In this document: positions 1 to 11,560 of the stretch, piece by piece
Layout: each line of letters begins with the position of its first letter
Position numbering within the stretch: the first letter of the stretch is position 1
Source: Chiloscyllium plagiosum
Lineage: Eukaryota
Assembly (NCBI RefSeq): GCF_004010195.1
Contig: NC_057754.1
Coordinates: forward strand, 8,802,566 to 8,866,565
Length of the DNA stretch: 64,000 nucleotides
Direction: 5' to 3'
The notes under the pieces: generated by a model
The model's input: the letters and a program-made list of their open reading frames with translations, nothing else
Databases searched by the model: none
What the model was told of the DNA's origin: nothing
Program-made: the position numbers and the translations under genes

Positions 1-805
1 GTTCTTTGAGGAGGTGACGAGACAGGTCAACAAAGATTGAGCAGTGGATGTGGTGTATATGGACTTCAGCAAGGCATTTGATAAGGTTCCCCATGGTAGT
101 CTCATTCATTAGTCAGGAGGTATGGGATACAGGGAGATTTGGCTGTCTAGATTCAGAATTGGTCAGCAGACAGAGAGTGGTTGTAGACGGAAAGTTGTCT
201 GCCTGGAGGTTAGTGTTGAGTGGGGTCCCATAGGGCTCTGCTCTTGGGCCTCAGTTCTTTGTAGTTTTTAGAAGTGACTTGGAGGAGGAGGTTGAGGGGT
301 GGGTTGGTAAATTTGTCGATGATAGTATTAAGGGCTATTGTAGGCTGCAGCACGACACAGACAGGGTGCAGAGCTGGGCTGAGAAATGGCAGATGGAGTT
401 CAACCTGGATAAATGTTGAAGTGATGCATTTTGGAAGGTCAAACTTGAATGCTGAATATAGGATTAAAGACAAGATTCTTGGCAGTGTGGAGGAACAGAG
501 GGATCTTGGTGTTCAAGTACATAGATTCCTCAAAGTTGCCACGCAGGTGGATACGGTTGTTAATGAAAGCCAAAATACCATATGCTTTCTTAACAAGGAG
601 GTTGCGTTTAAGAGCCGCGAGGTTTTGCTGCAGCTCTGTAAGACCCTGGTGAGATCACACTGGGAATATTGTGTCCAGTTGATCACCCTATTATAGGAAA
701 GATATGGAGGCTTTGGAAAGGGTGCAAAGAAGGTTTACCAGTATACTACCTGGACGGGAGGGCTTGTTGTACGAAGAGAGGTTGACTAAGCTTGGACTTT
801 TCCCA
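1..805 (+). mobile_element. CR1-type LINE, degenerate 3' part of ORF2 (RT)
   Basis: Broken frames read VMHFGRSN, EQRDLGVQVH, LVRSHWEYCVQ, ALERVQRRFT, typical of the CR1 RT C-terminus. Confidence 0.9.
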
Positions 806-824
806 CATCGGGAGCAATGGATAT

Positions 825-1357
825 TGTCGTCCTGTTTCCCCTCTCAGTCAAAGCAGGTGAAATATCGTTTTACCTCCTTCATCTTTATTCCGGGCCCTGG
901 AGGGAGAGAGAATGATCACCCATGTACACAGGGACATGAGTTCACGGTCTTCTCTCGAACAGCAGTTTCTTAATGAATTATATAGTCATTTTACAGGGAG
1001 GAGCATCCAGATAAGGCAACACACATATTGTTTGGATGAACGTTGCAATCAGCAAGTGTCAATAGCAAAGATTAAGCCATCTGATGTTACACAATGAATG
1101 TTCTTAACCTTGTTAACTGGCTTCACATAATGGATACTTTTCACCTTGTTAACTGACTGTACATACTGAATGCTGCTTCATCTTGTTAAATAGCTGTTCA
1201 TAATGAATGTGTTTTCACCTTGTTAAACCACTACCCTTGCCTCCAACACCTCATTGATCACTGCACATTCTTATCTGATCTGAGTCATAAAAGCTGAGCC
1301 TTTTGTCTCACACAGCCCAAAGCGTAACTCTTTCCCTACCTACTCATACCGTATACA
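825..1357 (-). mobile_element. Probable solo LTR with internal ~37-bp tandem repeats
   Basis: TG...CA termini; minus-strand TATA-like (~980) then AATAAA (~888); four copies of a unit ending CCTTGTTAA/TCTTGTTAA at ~1090-1230; no clear TSD. Confidence 0.45.
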
Positions 1358-1494
1358 CATTCTCAATACAACAGATCAGGTTGGATGAAGTGCAGGCGAA
1401 ACTCTACTGGATCTGGAAGGATTGTTTGTGGCCTTGGGCAGAGGTGAGAGGGGAGGTGTAGGGGCAGGCGTTTCACCTCTTGCTGTTGCAGGGA

Positions 1495-1980
1495 AACATA
1501 GAAGACAGGAGGAGGAGGAGGCCATTCAGCCCTTCCAGCCTGCTTCACCCTTCGTCACAATCATGGCTGATCGTCCAACTCAATAGTCTAATCCTGCTTT
1601 CTCCCCCTAACCTTTGACCTCACTCACTCCAAGAACTATATTTAGCCACCTCTTGAATACATTAAATGCTTTGGCATCAACTACTTCCTGTGGCAATGCA
1701 TTCCACAGGCTCACCATTCTTTGGGTGAAGAAATGTCTCCTCATCTCCATCCTAAATGGCCCACCTCGAATCCTCAGACTGTGACCCCTGGTTCTGGACA
1801 CACCCACCATTGGGAACATCCTCCCTGTATCTACCCTGTCTGGTTCTGTTGGAATTTTACAAGTCTCTATGAAATCTCCCCTCATTCATCTGAACTCCAG
1901 CGAAAACACATCCTAACCCAGTCAATCTCTCCTCATATGTCAGTCCCGGAATCAGCCTGGGAAACCTTTGCTGCACTCCC
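1495..1980 (-). mobile_element. CR1 LINE 3' end fragment
   Basis: MRGDFIETCK...SRTRGHSLRIRG...FFTQRMVSLWNALP. Confidence 0.9.
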
Positions 1981-2314
1981 ATCAACATTTAAAAGGCATC
2001 TGGATGGGTATACAAATAGAAAGAGTTTGGAGGAATATGGGCCAAGTGCTGGCAAATAGGACTAGATGTATTTAGAATATTTGGCAGATACAAACAAATT
2101 GACTTTTCTGCTCCTCAGATGTTGTCTGACCTGCTGTGCTTTTCCAGCTTCATATCTGTTGACTCTGGCTTCCAGCACCTGCAGTCCTTACTGTCTCCAA
2201 GTCTATGACTGAGTTTCCCTCCTACTAATATCACACTCAGTAGCCTATATTTCCTTTCTGAACAATGGTACCACATTATCTATCTTCCACTCTTTTAGCT
2301 CCTCTCCTTTTCTT

Positions 2315-2660
2315 TAATTCACCCATGGGGTATGAGTGTCACTGGCTGGGCCAGCATTTATTGCCCATCCCTAATTGCCCAGAAGGCAGTTAAGAGTCAA
2401 CCATTTTGCTGAGGGTCTGGAGTCACATGTAGGCCAGAACAAGTAAGGATGACAGATTTCTTTCCCTCAACGGCATCAGTGAACCAGATGGGCTTTTCTA
2501 ACACTTTCGATAACAATTTCATGATAATCTTTAGACTCTACATTCCAGATTCTTTATTGAATGTAAATTCCACTATCTGCCGTGGAGGGATTTGAGTTCC
2601 AATCCCCAGAACATTAGTTTCTGGATCAGTAGGCTCGTGATAATACCATTAGGTCTCCCC
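2315..2660 (-). mobile_element. tRNA-derived SINE with L2/CR1-type tail (other copies ~13990-14230, ~49945-50260)
   Basis: Minus-strand tRNA-like head and tail GGGATGGGCAATAAATGCTGGCCCAGCC; recurring in the window. Confidence 0.7.
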
Positions 2661-2987
2661 AATACTGCTGTATCCAGAGAGAATTGAACATTAATGTCAG
2701 GACACATGTCATCTCCTCTCTTACCTCTCACAGAAACTTGGGAATCATCTCATCAGGGCCTGGGGAATTTATCCAATTTTAAGTGCTAAAACCACCAGTA
2801 CCTCTTTCTCAATCATAATTCATTCAAGGATGTAACAGTCCTCTTCCATGATTTCTATACCATTATTGCATTTCTCTATCACAAATACAGATAGGAAGTA
2901 CTCATTTAAAACCTCGTCAATGTCTTTCAATTGCACCTGCAGTTTGCTTATTAGGTCCCTAACAAGCCCTGGAGAGACAACACCTCA

Positions 2988-3069
2988 GGGCTCATTTGTG
3001 ATTTGAACCCAGGATCTCTCACATATTCCATATCCCCAAGCTAAAACCATTCCCTTAGAGCAATGGACA
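2988..3069 (-). pseudogene. Degenerate tRNA-Pro with 10-nt insertion at position 37/38
   Basis: Reverse complement GTCCATTGCTCTAAGGGAATGGTTTTAGCTTGGGG-ATATGGAATA-TGTGAGAGATCCTGGGTTCAAATCACAAATGAGCCC aligns by eye to vertebrate tRNA-Pro. Confidence 0.7.
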
Positions 3070-3739
3070 AGCAATCTTCAGTGTCCAATCACAACGAAAC
3101 CAGCAGAACAGAACTAAACCAGGAATATTCACTGCAGCTTTGGAGAGATAAGGCAGAAATGAATTTTATTAGCAGTTCCTTCCTACTCCGTCTCCCTGCT
3201 CCCAAGAGGCCACTGTATGTATCCCTACCCCCCAGAATATTACAATTTTTCACATATTTTGTAATCAACCTGTTCAGAGATGTTATTACACACCTATGGA
3301 GCAGGTGGAACCTAAATCTGGTCTCCTGGTTCATAGGAAAGAACATTACTACAGAGCCACATTCATTATGACGGATTTTGGATAAGCAGTGTGATAGTGT
3401 AACAACAGTGGATGAAAGGAGAGGGATGATGGCGAGGACCAGCTATCCATTGTCAGTGTACGTGAAAACTAATAGTGTTTTCGGAAGATGTTACCACGTA
3501 GAGGCTGGGTTTCGATGGCAGATGTAAAGGCGAGAGGGACAAGAAAAGAGAACCGTGAACAATATCAGTGAACATAGATAAGTTTGTGGTCAGCAGTTCA
3601 CTGGGAACAGCATCAATGGAGCATGGGGTGGATCTCATACACAAGATAAGATCTGATAGGCTAGGACAGGATACAGGAGAGGAACTGAAGAAAGTCGCAG
3701 ATTCAAGGCTCAGACAAGAAAGATTAATGCAAGATATTG

Positions 3740-4510
3740 CATTTTGGTAAAACAATCAGAGGCAAGACTTATACAATTAAAAGTTGGGCCTTGGGTAGTG
3801 ATCTAGAAGAGGGATCTAGGGGTTCAAGTAAATAATTGTTTGAAGTTTGTATCACATATACATTAGGTGATTGAAAAGGCAATTAGCACACTTGCTTTCA
3901 TTGCTCGGACTTCTGGGTATAGAAATTGGGACATTATGTTAAGGTTGGACAGGACATTGGTGAAGCCTCTTCTGGAGTACTGTGTCCAATTCTGGTCTCC
4001 CTGTTATAGGAAAGATATTATTAAGCCAAAGAGAGTTCAGAAGAGACTTACCAGGATGTTGCCGGAATGGAAGGTTTGAGCTATAAGGAGAGCCTGGACA
4101 TGCTGGGATTTTATCCGCTTGAGTATAGGAGGTTGATAGGTGACCTCGCAGAGGTTTATAAAATCATGGGAGGTGCAGATAGAGTGAATGGCAGGTGCCT
4201 TTTCCCTAGGTTGGGGGATTTCAAGACAAGGAGGCATATTTTTCAGTGACAGGAGAAAGATTTTAAAAAGATATGCATGGCAATTTTTTTTCAAACATAG
4301 AGTGGTTCATGTGTGGAATGAACTTCCAGAGAAAGTTGTGGATGTGGGTAGTTATAACATTTAAAAGACATTTGGATAAGTATATGAATAAGAAATGTGT
4401 GGAGGGATATGGGCCAAGCCCATGCAGGCGGAACTGGTTTAGTTTTGGATTATGGTTGGCATAGACTGGTTGGACCAAAGGGTCTGTTTCTGTGCTGTAT
4501 AACTATAAAT
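3740..4510 (+). mobile_element. CR1 LINE 3' fragment
   Basis: TLVKPLLEYCVQFWSPCYRKD, GDLAEVYKIM, CR1 3' tail. Confidence 0.9.
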
Positions 4511-4849
4511 CTATCAACATTTTCACCAGAGTGAGTGTGTGGAAGGAAACATATTGCAGAGGCAGCTAGTCGGGTTGTCTCGATCTTAGTGTCAAAGATG
4601 TTAATGAGCCCTTTGCACTTGTTAGAGGTAAGGATAGTGAAGACAAGGAAGCCTTTCAAAAGGAATGGATTTGTGTTTGAGATATTGAAAATTCAACACA
4701 TTATAATTAACACAAAGCTGATTTATTTGACTTTTACGCAGAACATATCAATATTACTGGCCTGGCATTTTCCATCATCAGCAACAACAGACCCAAATGA
4801 ATACTGTTCAGTCCTGAATGCAATGAACAGCAAGGTTCATTCACTTTAG

Positions 4850-5815
4850 TCACTTGTGGAGTCGCTGGTGTCTCAGCAGGTTGGATGACTGAGTAAATCT
4901 CCTCCCACACACAATGCAGATGAACGGCCTCTCCCCAGTGTGGATTCGCTGGTGTGCAGTGAGTTGAGATGATTGCCTGAACCCAGTCCCACAGTGAGAG
5001 CACCTGAATGGTCTCTCGTCAGTGTGAACACGTTGATGATACAGAAGGTCCCCAGAACTTTTAAAACACTTCCCACAGTTTGGGCATTTAAAAGGTCTCT
5101 TGTTAGTGTGCGCACGTTGATGGGACATCAGGCCACTGGAACTTGTATAGCATTTCTCACAGTCTGGGCATTTGAAAGGTCTCTTCCCAGTGTGAACACG
5201 CTGATGTGTAAGCAGGTTGGATGACCGAGTGAACCCCTTTCCACATTCAGAGCAAGTGAACGGTCTCTCCCCGGTATGAGTGCGTTGGTGTACAGCGAGG
5301 TGAGATGAGTGCCTGAACCCAGTCCCGCAGTGAGAGCACTTGAAAGGTCTCTCGTCAGTGTGAACACGTTGATGGCGCATCAGTTCCCTGGAACTTTTAT
5401 AGCTTCTCCCACAGTCCAGGCATTTAAAAGGTCTGTTGTCAGTGTGGACAAGTTGATGGGACATCAGTTCTCTCGAACTTTTAAAGCACTTCTCACAGTC
5501 TGGGCATTGAAAGGGTCTCTTGTCGGTGTGAACGCGTTGATGGCGCATCAGTTCGCTGGAACTTTTATAGCACTTCCCACAGTCTGAGCATTCAAAAGGT
5601 CTGTCCTTAGTGTGAACTTGTTGGTGGGTCAGCAGGTGGGATGACTGAGTGAATCCCTTTGCACATATGGAGCAGGAGAATGGCCTCTCCCCAGTGTGAC
5701 TGCGTCGATGAATTTCCAACTCAGATGGATAATGGAAACTCTCCTCACAATGCCCACACTTCCATGGTTTTCCCCCAGTGTGATTCTGCTTGTACGTGAA
5801 ATTTTTCTCTTCCAT
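4850..5815 (-). CDS. Tandem C2H2 zinc-finger protein, 11 fingers, 321 aa from ATG 5815, no KRAB/SCAN/BTB seen
   Basis: Uninterrupted ORF of CxxC-x12-HxxxH with TGERPF-type linkers; polypyrimidine tract and AG acceptors at 5921-5922 and 5935-5936; AATAAA at 4722-4727. The ORF-track start at 5893 is a TTG. Confidence 0.92.
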   Translation of the reverse strand: MEEKNFTYKQNHTGGKPWKCGHCEESFHYPSELEIHRRSHTGERPFSCSICAKGFTQSSHLLTHQQVHTKDRPFECSDCGKCYKSSSELMRHQRVHTDKRPFQCPDCEKCFKSSRELMSHQLVHTDNRPFKCLDCGRSYKSSRELMRHQRVHTDERPFKCSHCGTGFRHSSHLAVHQRTHTGERPFTCSECGKGFTRSSNLLTHQRVHTGKRPFKCPDCEKCYTSSSGLMSHQRAHTNKRPFKCPNCGKCFKSSGDLLYHQRVHTDERPFRCSHCGTGFRQSSQLTAHQRIHTGERPFICIVCGRRFTQSSNLLRHQRLHK

Positions 5816-6069
5816 GCTTAAATATTCTAAGCTATTCAGGGCACGATAAGATGGATGGCAGATCCTGCTGTGACATTTCAGTTCGAGTTCCAAATATCAA
5901 ACTTCACCTTCTCATACATACTGTGTGAAACGAACTGGAAACAAGAAACAAAGCGAGAGAGAACCACGAAAACACAAATGTAGTCTGAACTGGAATTGAG
6001 TGAATTTTATAATTTGTGCAAAAACATGGCGATGAAGTAACCAAGTTGTTTTAAAAAAAATGATTCAAT

Positions 6070-6380
6070 AATGTGTAGGGGTGTAAGGGTTGGAGAAGGC
6101 TACAGAAACAGGAAGGGCTGTAGGGGGCTGGAGGAGGTTACAGAGATAGGAAGTGGTGTCAGGGCTGGAAGAGGTTACAGAGATAGAAAGTGGTATTAGA
6201 CTGGGGGAGGTTACAGGGACAGGGAGCACTGTAGGGGCTAGAAGAGGTGAGAGACAGTGAGGGCTTTGGAAGTGGGAAGCGAGAGATATAGAAGATGTCA
6301 GGAATGGAGAAGGTGGGAGATATTGAGAAGATTATTGAGGCTGGAGGAGGTGACAGTGATACGAACAGTTGTAGGGGCTA
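6070..6380. repeat. Degenerate ~33-35 bp purine-rich minisatellite
   Basis: Repeated unit like TGTAGGGGCTGGAGGAGGTTACAGAGATAGG. Confidence 0.75.
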
Positions 6381-6420
6381 TTTAAAAGGTGTGGCTCTTG
6401 CCTGAAACGTAGATTCTTCT

Positions 6421-7017
6421 GCTCCTCGTTTGCTAGGAGAAAGTGAGGACTGCAGATGCTGGAGATAGAGCTGAAAAATGTGTTGCTGGAAAAGCGCAGC
6501 AGGTCAGGCAGCATCAAAGGAACAGGAGAATCGATGTCTCGGGCATAAGCCCTTCTTCAGGAATAAGGAAGGTGTGCCAAGCAGGCTAAGATAAAAGGTA
6601 GGAAGGAGGGTTAAGGTGAGGGGGATAGGCCGGAGAGGGGGTGGGGGGCGGAGATGTCGGGAAGAAGATTGCAGGTCAAGAAGGCAGAGCTGAGTCCGAG
6701 GGTTGGGACTGAGAAAGGGGGGAGGGGAAATGAGGAAGCTGGAGAAATCAGCATTCATCCCTTGTGGTTGGAGGATTCCTAGGCGGTAGATGAGGCGTTT
6801 TTTTTGGTTAAGGTGAGGGTAACCTCCTTCCACCTATCGCATTCCCAACACCCCTCCCCCAAGTCCCTCCTCCCTACCTTTTATCTTAGCCTGCTTGGCA
6901 CACCCTCCTCATTCCTGAAGAAGGGCTTATGCCCGAAACGTCATTCTCCTGCTCCTTTGATGCTGCCTGACCTGCTGCGCTTTTCCAGCAACACATTTTT
7001 TCAGCTCCTCGTTTGCT
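6421..7017. mobile_element. Penelope-like element 3' end with inverted pLTR and 14-bp TSD, nested in an older copy of the same family
   Basis: TSD GCTCCTCGTTTGCT at 6421-6434 and 7004-7017; inverted arms; minus frame RLIYRLGILQPQGMNADF (GIY-YIG C-terminus); hammerhead core 6915-6942. Confidence 0.85.
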
Positions 7018-7259
7018 GCCTGACTTGCTGTGCTTTTTCAGCACCACACTCTCGTCTCTCTCTGTTCGTACCAAAAGAGATAAGAAAAGGCTTTTTAAAC
7101 TCACAAATGGAAGGCGTCTGTCCCTTTCACGTGATTTGCACCTTGCCTGCCCCTTTCATTTATTTAAAAAAAAGGAGAATGTTGGTGCTGGGTGCAGACA
7201 ACAGAAAGGTACAAGGCAACAAAATTTTCAGGACCCCACCTTCGCAGACACAAGTTCAG

Positions 7260-7345
7260 AAGTCCCACGGCACCAGGCTGGAGTCTAACAAGGTTATTTG
7301 AAACCAGAAGCTTTCACAGCGCTGCGCCTTCATCAGATGGAATGA
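7260..7345 (-). mobile_element. Penelope-like pLTR fragment with degenerate hammerhead (AGCT helix III)
   Basis: Minus strand CTGATGAAGGCGCAGCGCTGTGAAAGCTT. Confidence 0.55.
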
Positions 7346-7399
7346 AGAGAAACACAAGAGGCATTTAATTTACAGGCAGAGGGATGTAACAATCGGACA

Positions 7400-7950
7400 A
7401 AGGGCACCGTGTGCTCTGATTGGTTGGAGGACCAGAACGCCTCCGAGTGGTTTCCCGGCCTGTGGTTGACCCGAGCGCACGTCCATCATCCTACGGGGGC
7501 GTCACTACCCGCAGCTCACACTCGTTCGCGTGCATGGTGATTAAAACATGGCGGACCGCCCGCCAGCGATTAGAAGTGGGAAGGAATCTTTGGAGATAAG
7601 TTTCTTGTTTCGAAATTCACTCGTATCGGCGAAAAGACGAACGTTTCAAACCCGTGAGTTTTAACGGACGGAAAACGTTGAAGGTCGCGCGCGACAACCG
7701 CATTTACGTAGCGGCGCCGGGAAGACCACGTGACCGCAACAATACGAGCGCTGATTGACACTAACAGTGACCAATAGGGACGGAGGGGGCGAGCCCGGAC
7801 TAGCCCTTTCCAACCTATTGTGACGGTAAGTGGGCGGTCCTAACTCTTGCCCCGCCTACTTCAGTGACATCCTTTTCCGACCCCGCCCACGTTCATTCAA
7901 CAAACACTTGCATTTACTTAACGCCCGCACTGCTTTCAAACAACAGGCGT
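7400..7950 (-). promoter_or_regulatory. CpG-island promoter / non-coding first exon of the ZNF at 4850-5815
   Basis: CpG-dense; YY1-like AACATGGCGG (~7545-7554), E-box ACCACGTGACC (~7725), CCAAT and GC boxes; candidate minus-strand donor GTGAGC at ~7519. Confidence 0.75.
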
Positions 7951-8004
7951 GGGGTTTTGCTGCCTCCAGCATGAAAACTAAATTACTGCAGCACGCTGGA
8001 ATTC

Positions 8005-8930
8005 TCAGAGCCGTACAGCACGGACACAGGCCCTACAGCCCACACGGGTCTATGCCGACCAAAATGTCCATCCACGCTAACCCCATTTCCCTGCACTTGG
8101 TCCACATTCTTCTAAACCTTTCCTGTGCATGTATTTGTCCAAATTACTTTTAAATGTTGTTAATGTACCAGCCTCAACCATAACCATGGGCAACTCCTTC
8201 CATATGCATACCACCCTCTATGTAAAAAATTGCCCCTCGGGTTCTTTTTATTCTTTCCCCTCTCATCTTAAACTGATCACTCCTCGTCCTCAATTCCCTA
8301 ACTCTGGGAAAAAGACTGAGTGCATTCACCCTATCCATGCCTCTCATGATCTTCTCTAAGATCCCCCTCAGTCTCCTAAACTCTAAAGAAAAAAAGTCCT
8401 AGCATAGATCATACAATCCCAATTGTTTGTGGAAACAGGCCATTTGTTCCAACAAGTCCACACCCGGCCCTCCAAAGAGTAACCCACCCAGACTCATTCC
8501 CCTACCCTATTACTCGACATCTCCACTGATTAATGCACCTAACCAACACATCCCTAAACACTGTGGGCAATTTAGCATAGCCAATACACCGAAACTGCCC
8601 ATCTTTGAGGATTGTGGGAGGAAACTGGAGCACCCAGAGGAAACTCATGCAGGCACACGGGTAGAATGTGCAAACTCCACGCAGTCACCCAAGGCAGGAA
8701 TCTAACCCATGTCCCTGGTGCTGTGAGGCAGAAGTGTAACTACTCAACCACTGTGCTGCCCTCTCCAACCTCTCCCTATAACTCAGACCATTGAGTTTTG
8801 GCGACATCCTTGTAAATTTCTTCTGCACTCGTTCCAGTTTAATAACATCCTTCCTATTGCAAGGTGACCAAAACTGAACACACTATTCCAAGTGCAACCT
8901 CACCAATGTCCTGTACAACTGCAACATAAC
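8005..8930 (-). mobile_element. CR1 3' fragment interrupted by an HE1-type SINE (8405-8761)
   Basis: CR1 tail and RT C-terminus on minus strand; SINE core CACCCAGAGGAAACTCATGCAG. Confidence 0.8.
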
Positions 8931-9091
8931 TCGAATTAAAATAGAAAATGTTCGAGATATATACCGAGCAGGATAGTAAACTGTGAGGCAGGAGTGAATT
9001 ATAGAATCACTACTAAGCAATGAGAGGTTATTCAGCCCATCGAGATTGCACATAACATCCTGTCCTGACCCCTACTCTATCCCTGTAATCC

Positions 9092-9316
9092 TGCATTTAC
9101 CATGGCAAAAGTGAGGACTGCAGATGCTGGAAACCAGAGTTTAGATCAGAGTGGTGCTGGAAAAGCACAGCAGGTCAGGCAGCATCTGAGGAGCAGAAAA
9201 ATCGATGTTTCGGGCAAAAGTTGCCTGAAACGTCGATTTTCCTGCTCCTCGGATGCTGCCTGACCTGCTGTGCTTTTCTAGCACCACTCTGATCTAAACC
9301 ATGCATTTACCGTGGC
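9092..9316. mobile_element. Palindromic Penelope-derived pLTR insertion inside an HE1-type SINE (~9000-9525)
   Basis: TSD TGCATTTACC(A/G)TGGC at 9092-9106 and 9302-9316; inverted arms centred ~9220; hammerhead core deleted at the centre. Confidence 0.85.
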
Positions 9317-9689
9317 CAATCCACCTACCCTGCTCATCCTGGACTCTTAACCTACTCCTCACACCTAACCTACACATCCCTAAACACTGTGGGCAATTCA
9401 GCATAGTCAATCCACCTAACCTACATAGCTTTGGACTGAGAGAGGAAAATACTCCACACAGGCAATCACCCGTGGCTAGAATCAAACCTGGGTCCCTGGC
9501 ACTGTGAGGCATCACTGAGTCACCCAAAGTGTGCAGAATGACTACCCTTGTTATCAAAGAATTTGACTAAGTGTAGTATTCACATTTTAGCAAACACCTG
9601 GATACAGACTTGAAGCAGTGCAACTCAGTGGCAGAAACACTCATAGATGTTTGTAGCATTTTGGCTATCATGTCTATTTCAGTCAACAA

Positions 9690-11270
9690 AATCTGATTAC
9701 ACTAATCCTATTCCAGTTTTTTGCTCCATAACCCCGGAGGTTAATGCAATAAAAGTGAATCTAAATACTGTTTAAACATTACAAGAGTTTCTGACTCAAC
9801 CAAACCTTCTGGCAGTGAGTTCTAGAGTTCCATCACCCTCTGGATATAAGTAATTTCTCCTCAATACTCCTGTTCGCCTTTTACCTCATCTTAAATCTGT
9901 GTCCCCTTGTTGTCAAGCCCTCTAATAAAAGAAAAAAAACTCTCTTCCTATCTAGGCCCCTCATAATCTTATATACCCTCTATTCAATTCCCCCTTCAAT
10001 TTTCGCTGTGCCAAGGAAAGCAAAAGATCAATCTTTCCTTATAACACAAAGCCTCCAGCCCAGGCAGCATCCTGGTAAATCTCCTCTGATCCTTCTTTAC
10101 TGCAATCACATCTTTCTGATGATGTAGTGAACAGAACTGTATGCAGTACTCCTGTTGAGGCACAACCAGCATTTTATACAGTTCCAGTATAACTGAAACG
10201 CTCTTGCATTCTCTGCCTCAGCTAATAAAGGCAAGTACCTCATATGACTTCTTAAACATTTTATCAACCTGTCCTGTTCTCTTAGGGATTTGTGGACATG
10301 CATCCAAAGGTCCCTCTGATCTCCAGTACTGTTTAGGGTCCCTTGCCTTGTTAGCTCTCTCCCAAGTGCATTACTTGACACTTATTTGGATTGAATCCAA
10401 TTTGCCATTGCTGTGCCCAGCTGATCAGTTCATTGATATCCTCCTGTAGCTGACAACTATCCTACTTACTATCTACCACCTTACTAATTTTCATGTCATC
10501 TGCAAACTTCTTAATCATATCTTCCGAGTCCAAAACATTAATCTACCCCACAAACAGCACAGGCCTCAGCATAGAGTCCTGTGGAACCCCATTGTAGACA
10601 ATCTCAGAAACATCACCCTCTGCTTCCTCTCATTAAGACAAAGTCTTAGCCAGTCTGTCGTGAGGGTCCTTATCAAAAGCCTTGCCAAAGTCCACATCAA
10701 ATACATTACCCTCATCAACATTTCTGGTTACCTCCTCAAAATATTTGATCAAATTTGTCAATCTTTCCTTAACAAATCCAAACCAACTATCCCAGATTAA
10801 TTGTGTCTCTCTAAGATACATTCTGACCCTCTTCCTCACCACCGAGGTTAGACTGACTGTGTGTAATTTCCTGGTCTGTTAGTTCCTGCCATTTATTCAG
10901 TTAATGGATAATGTTAATTGTCCTCCAGCCTCTGGAACCTCACCTGTAACCAGGGAGGATTTGAATATTAATGCAAAGATGTTTGATATCTCGTCCTTTG
11001 TCTTCCTTAACAGCCTTGTATACATTTCATCTAGACCTACTGATTTATTCACTTTAAAGGCTACTATACCTGCTAGGTCTTCCTGTCTTTCTACGTTAAT
11101 TTCTTGTAATATCTCACTGTCCTGCATGCGAATGTCTGCACCTGGTGTCATCCTTTTTCCATTGTGAAGACCATTACAAAGTATTCACTGAGGACTGTGC
11201 TCATGTCTTCCAGATCCACAGATTGCCTCAATGGTGCCTAATTTGGCCCCTGTGGTCTCTTACTCATTAT
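9690..11270 (-). mobile_element. Old CR1 ORF2 fragment
   Basis: LTNLIKYFEEVT, DFGKAFDKDPH, KSSLVTGEVPE. Confidence 0.85.
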
Positions 11271-11458
11271 ATTTACAAAAAACAGAGAAGTGCCTATTAA
11301 AGATTGAAGTTAATGGGAATCGGGGGAAATATCTCCACAGTTTGGAGTCAGACATAACATAAAGGAAGATGGTTGTCCTTGTTGGAGGTCAGTCATTTCA
11401 GTCGCAGGATATCACTCTTGGTTGTCCCAGACACCTTCAGGCCGCCTCATTGATGACA

Positions 11459-11560
11459 TTCCCTTCATCGTAAGGTCAGAAGTGGGGATGTTCCCTTCAC
11501 TGTAAGGTCAGAAGTGGGGAAGTTCCCTTCATCGTAAGGTCAGAAGTGGGGATGTTCCCT
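11459..11560 (+). repeat. Three tandem ~32-bp copies within an L2/CR1-like fragment
   Basis: TTCCCTTCATCGTAAGGTCAGAAGTGGGGA(T/A)G x3. Confidence 0.85.

Noticed and set aside
1090-1230. Regularly spaced repeats as a CRISPR-like array (also 6070-6380, 11459-11560)
   Set aside because: Eukaryotic context, units are degenerate tandem copies without unique spacers, no cas genes
4873-5587. Alternative-frame and antisense ORFs over ZNF exons (also 58813-59851)
   Set aside because: By-products of repetitive finger codons; no independent evidence
5816-5893. N-terminal extension of the 347-aa ORF
   Set aside because: The track start is TTG; the ATG at 5815 matches the paralogous starts
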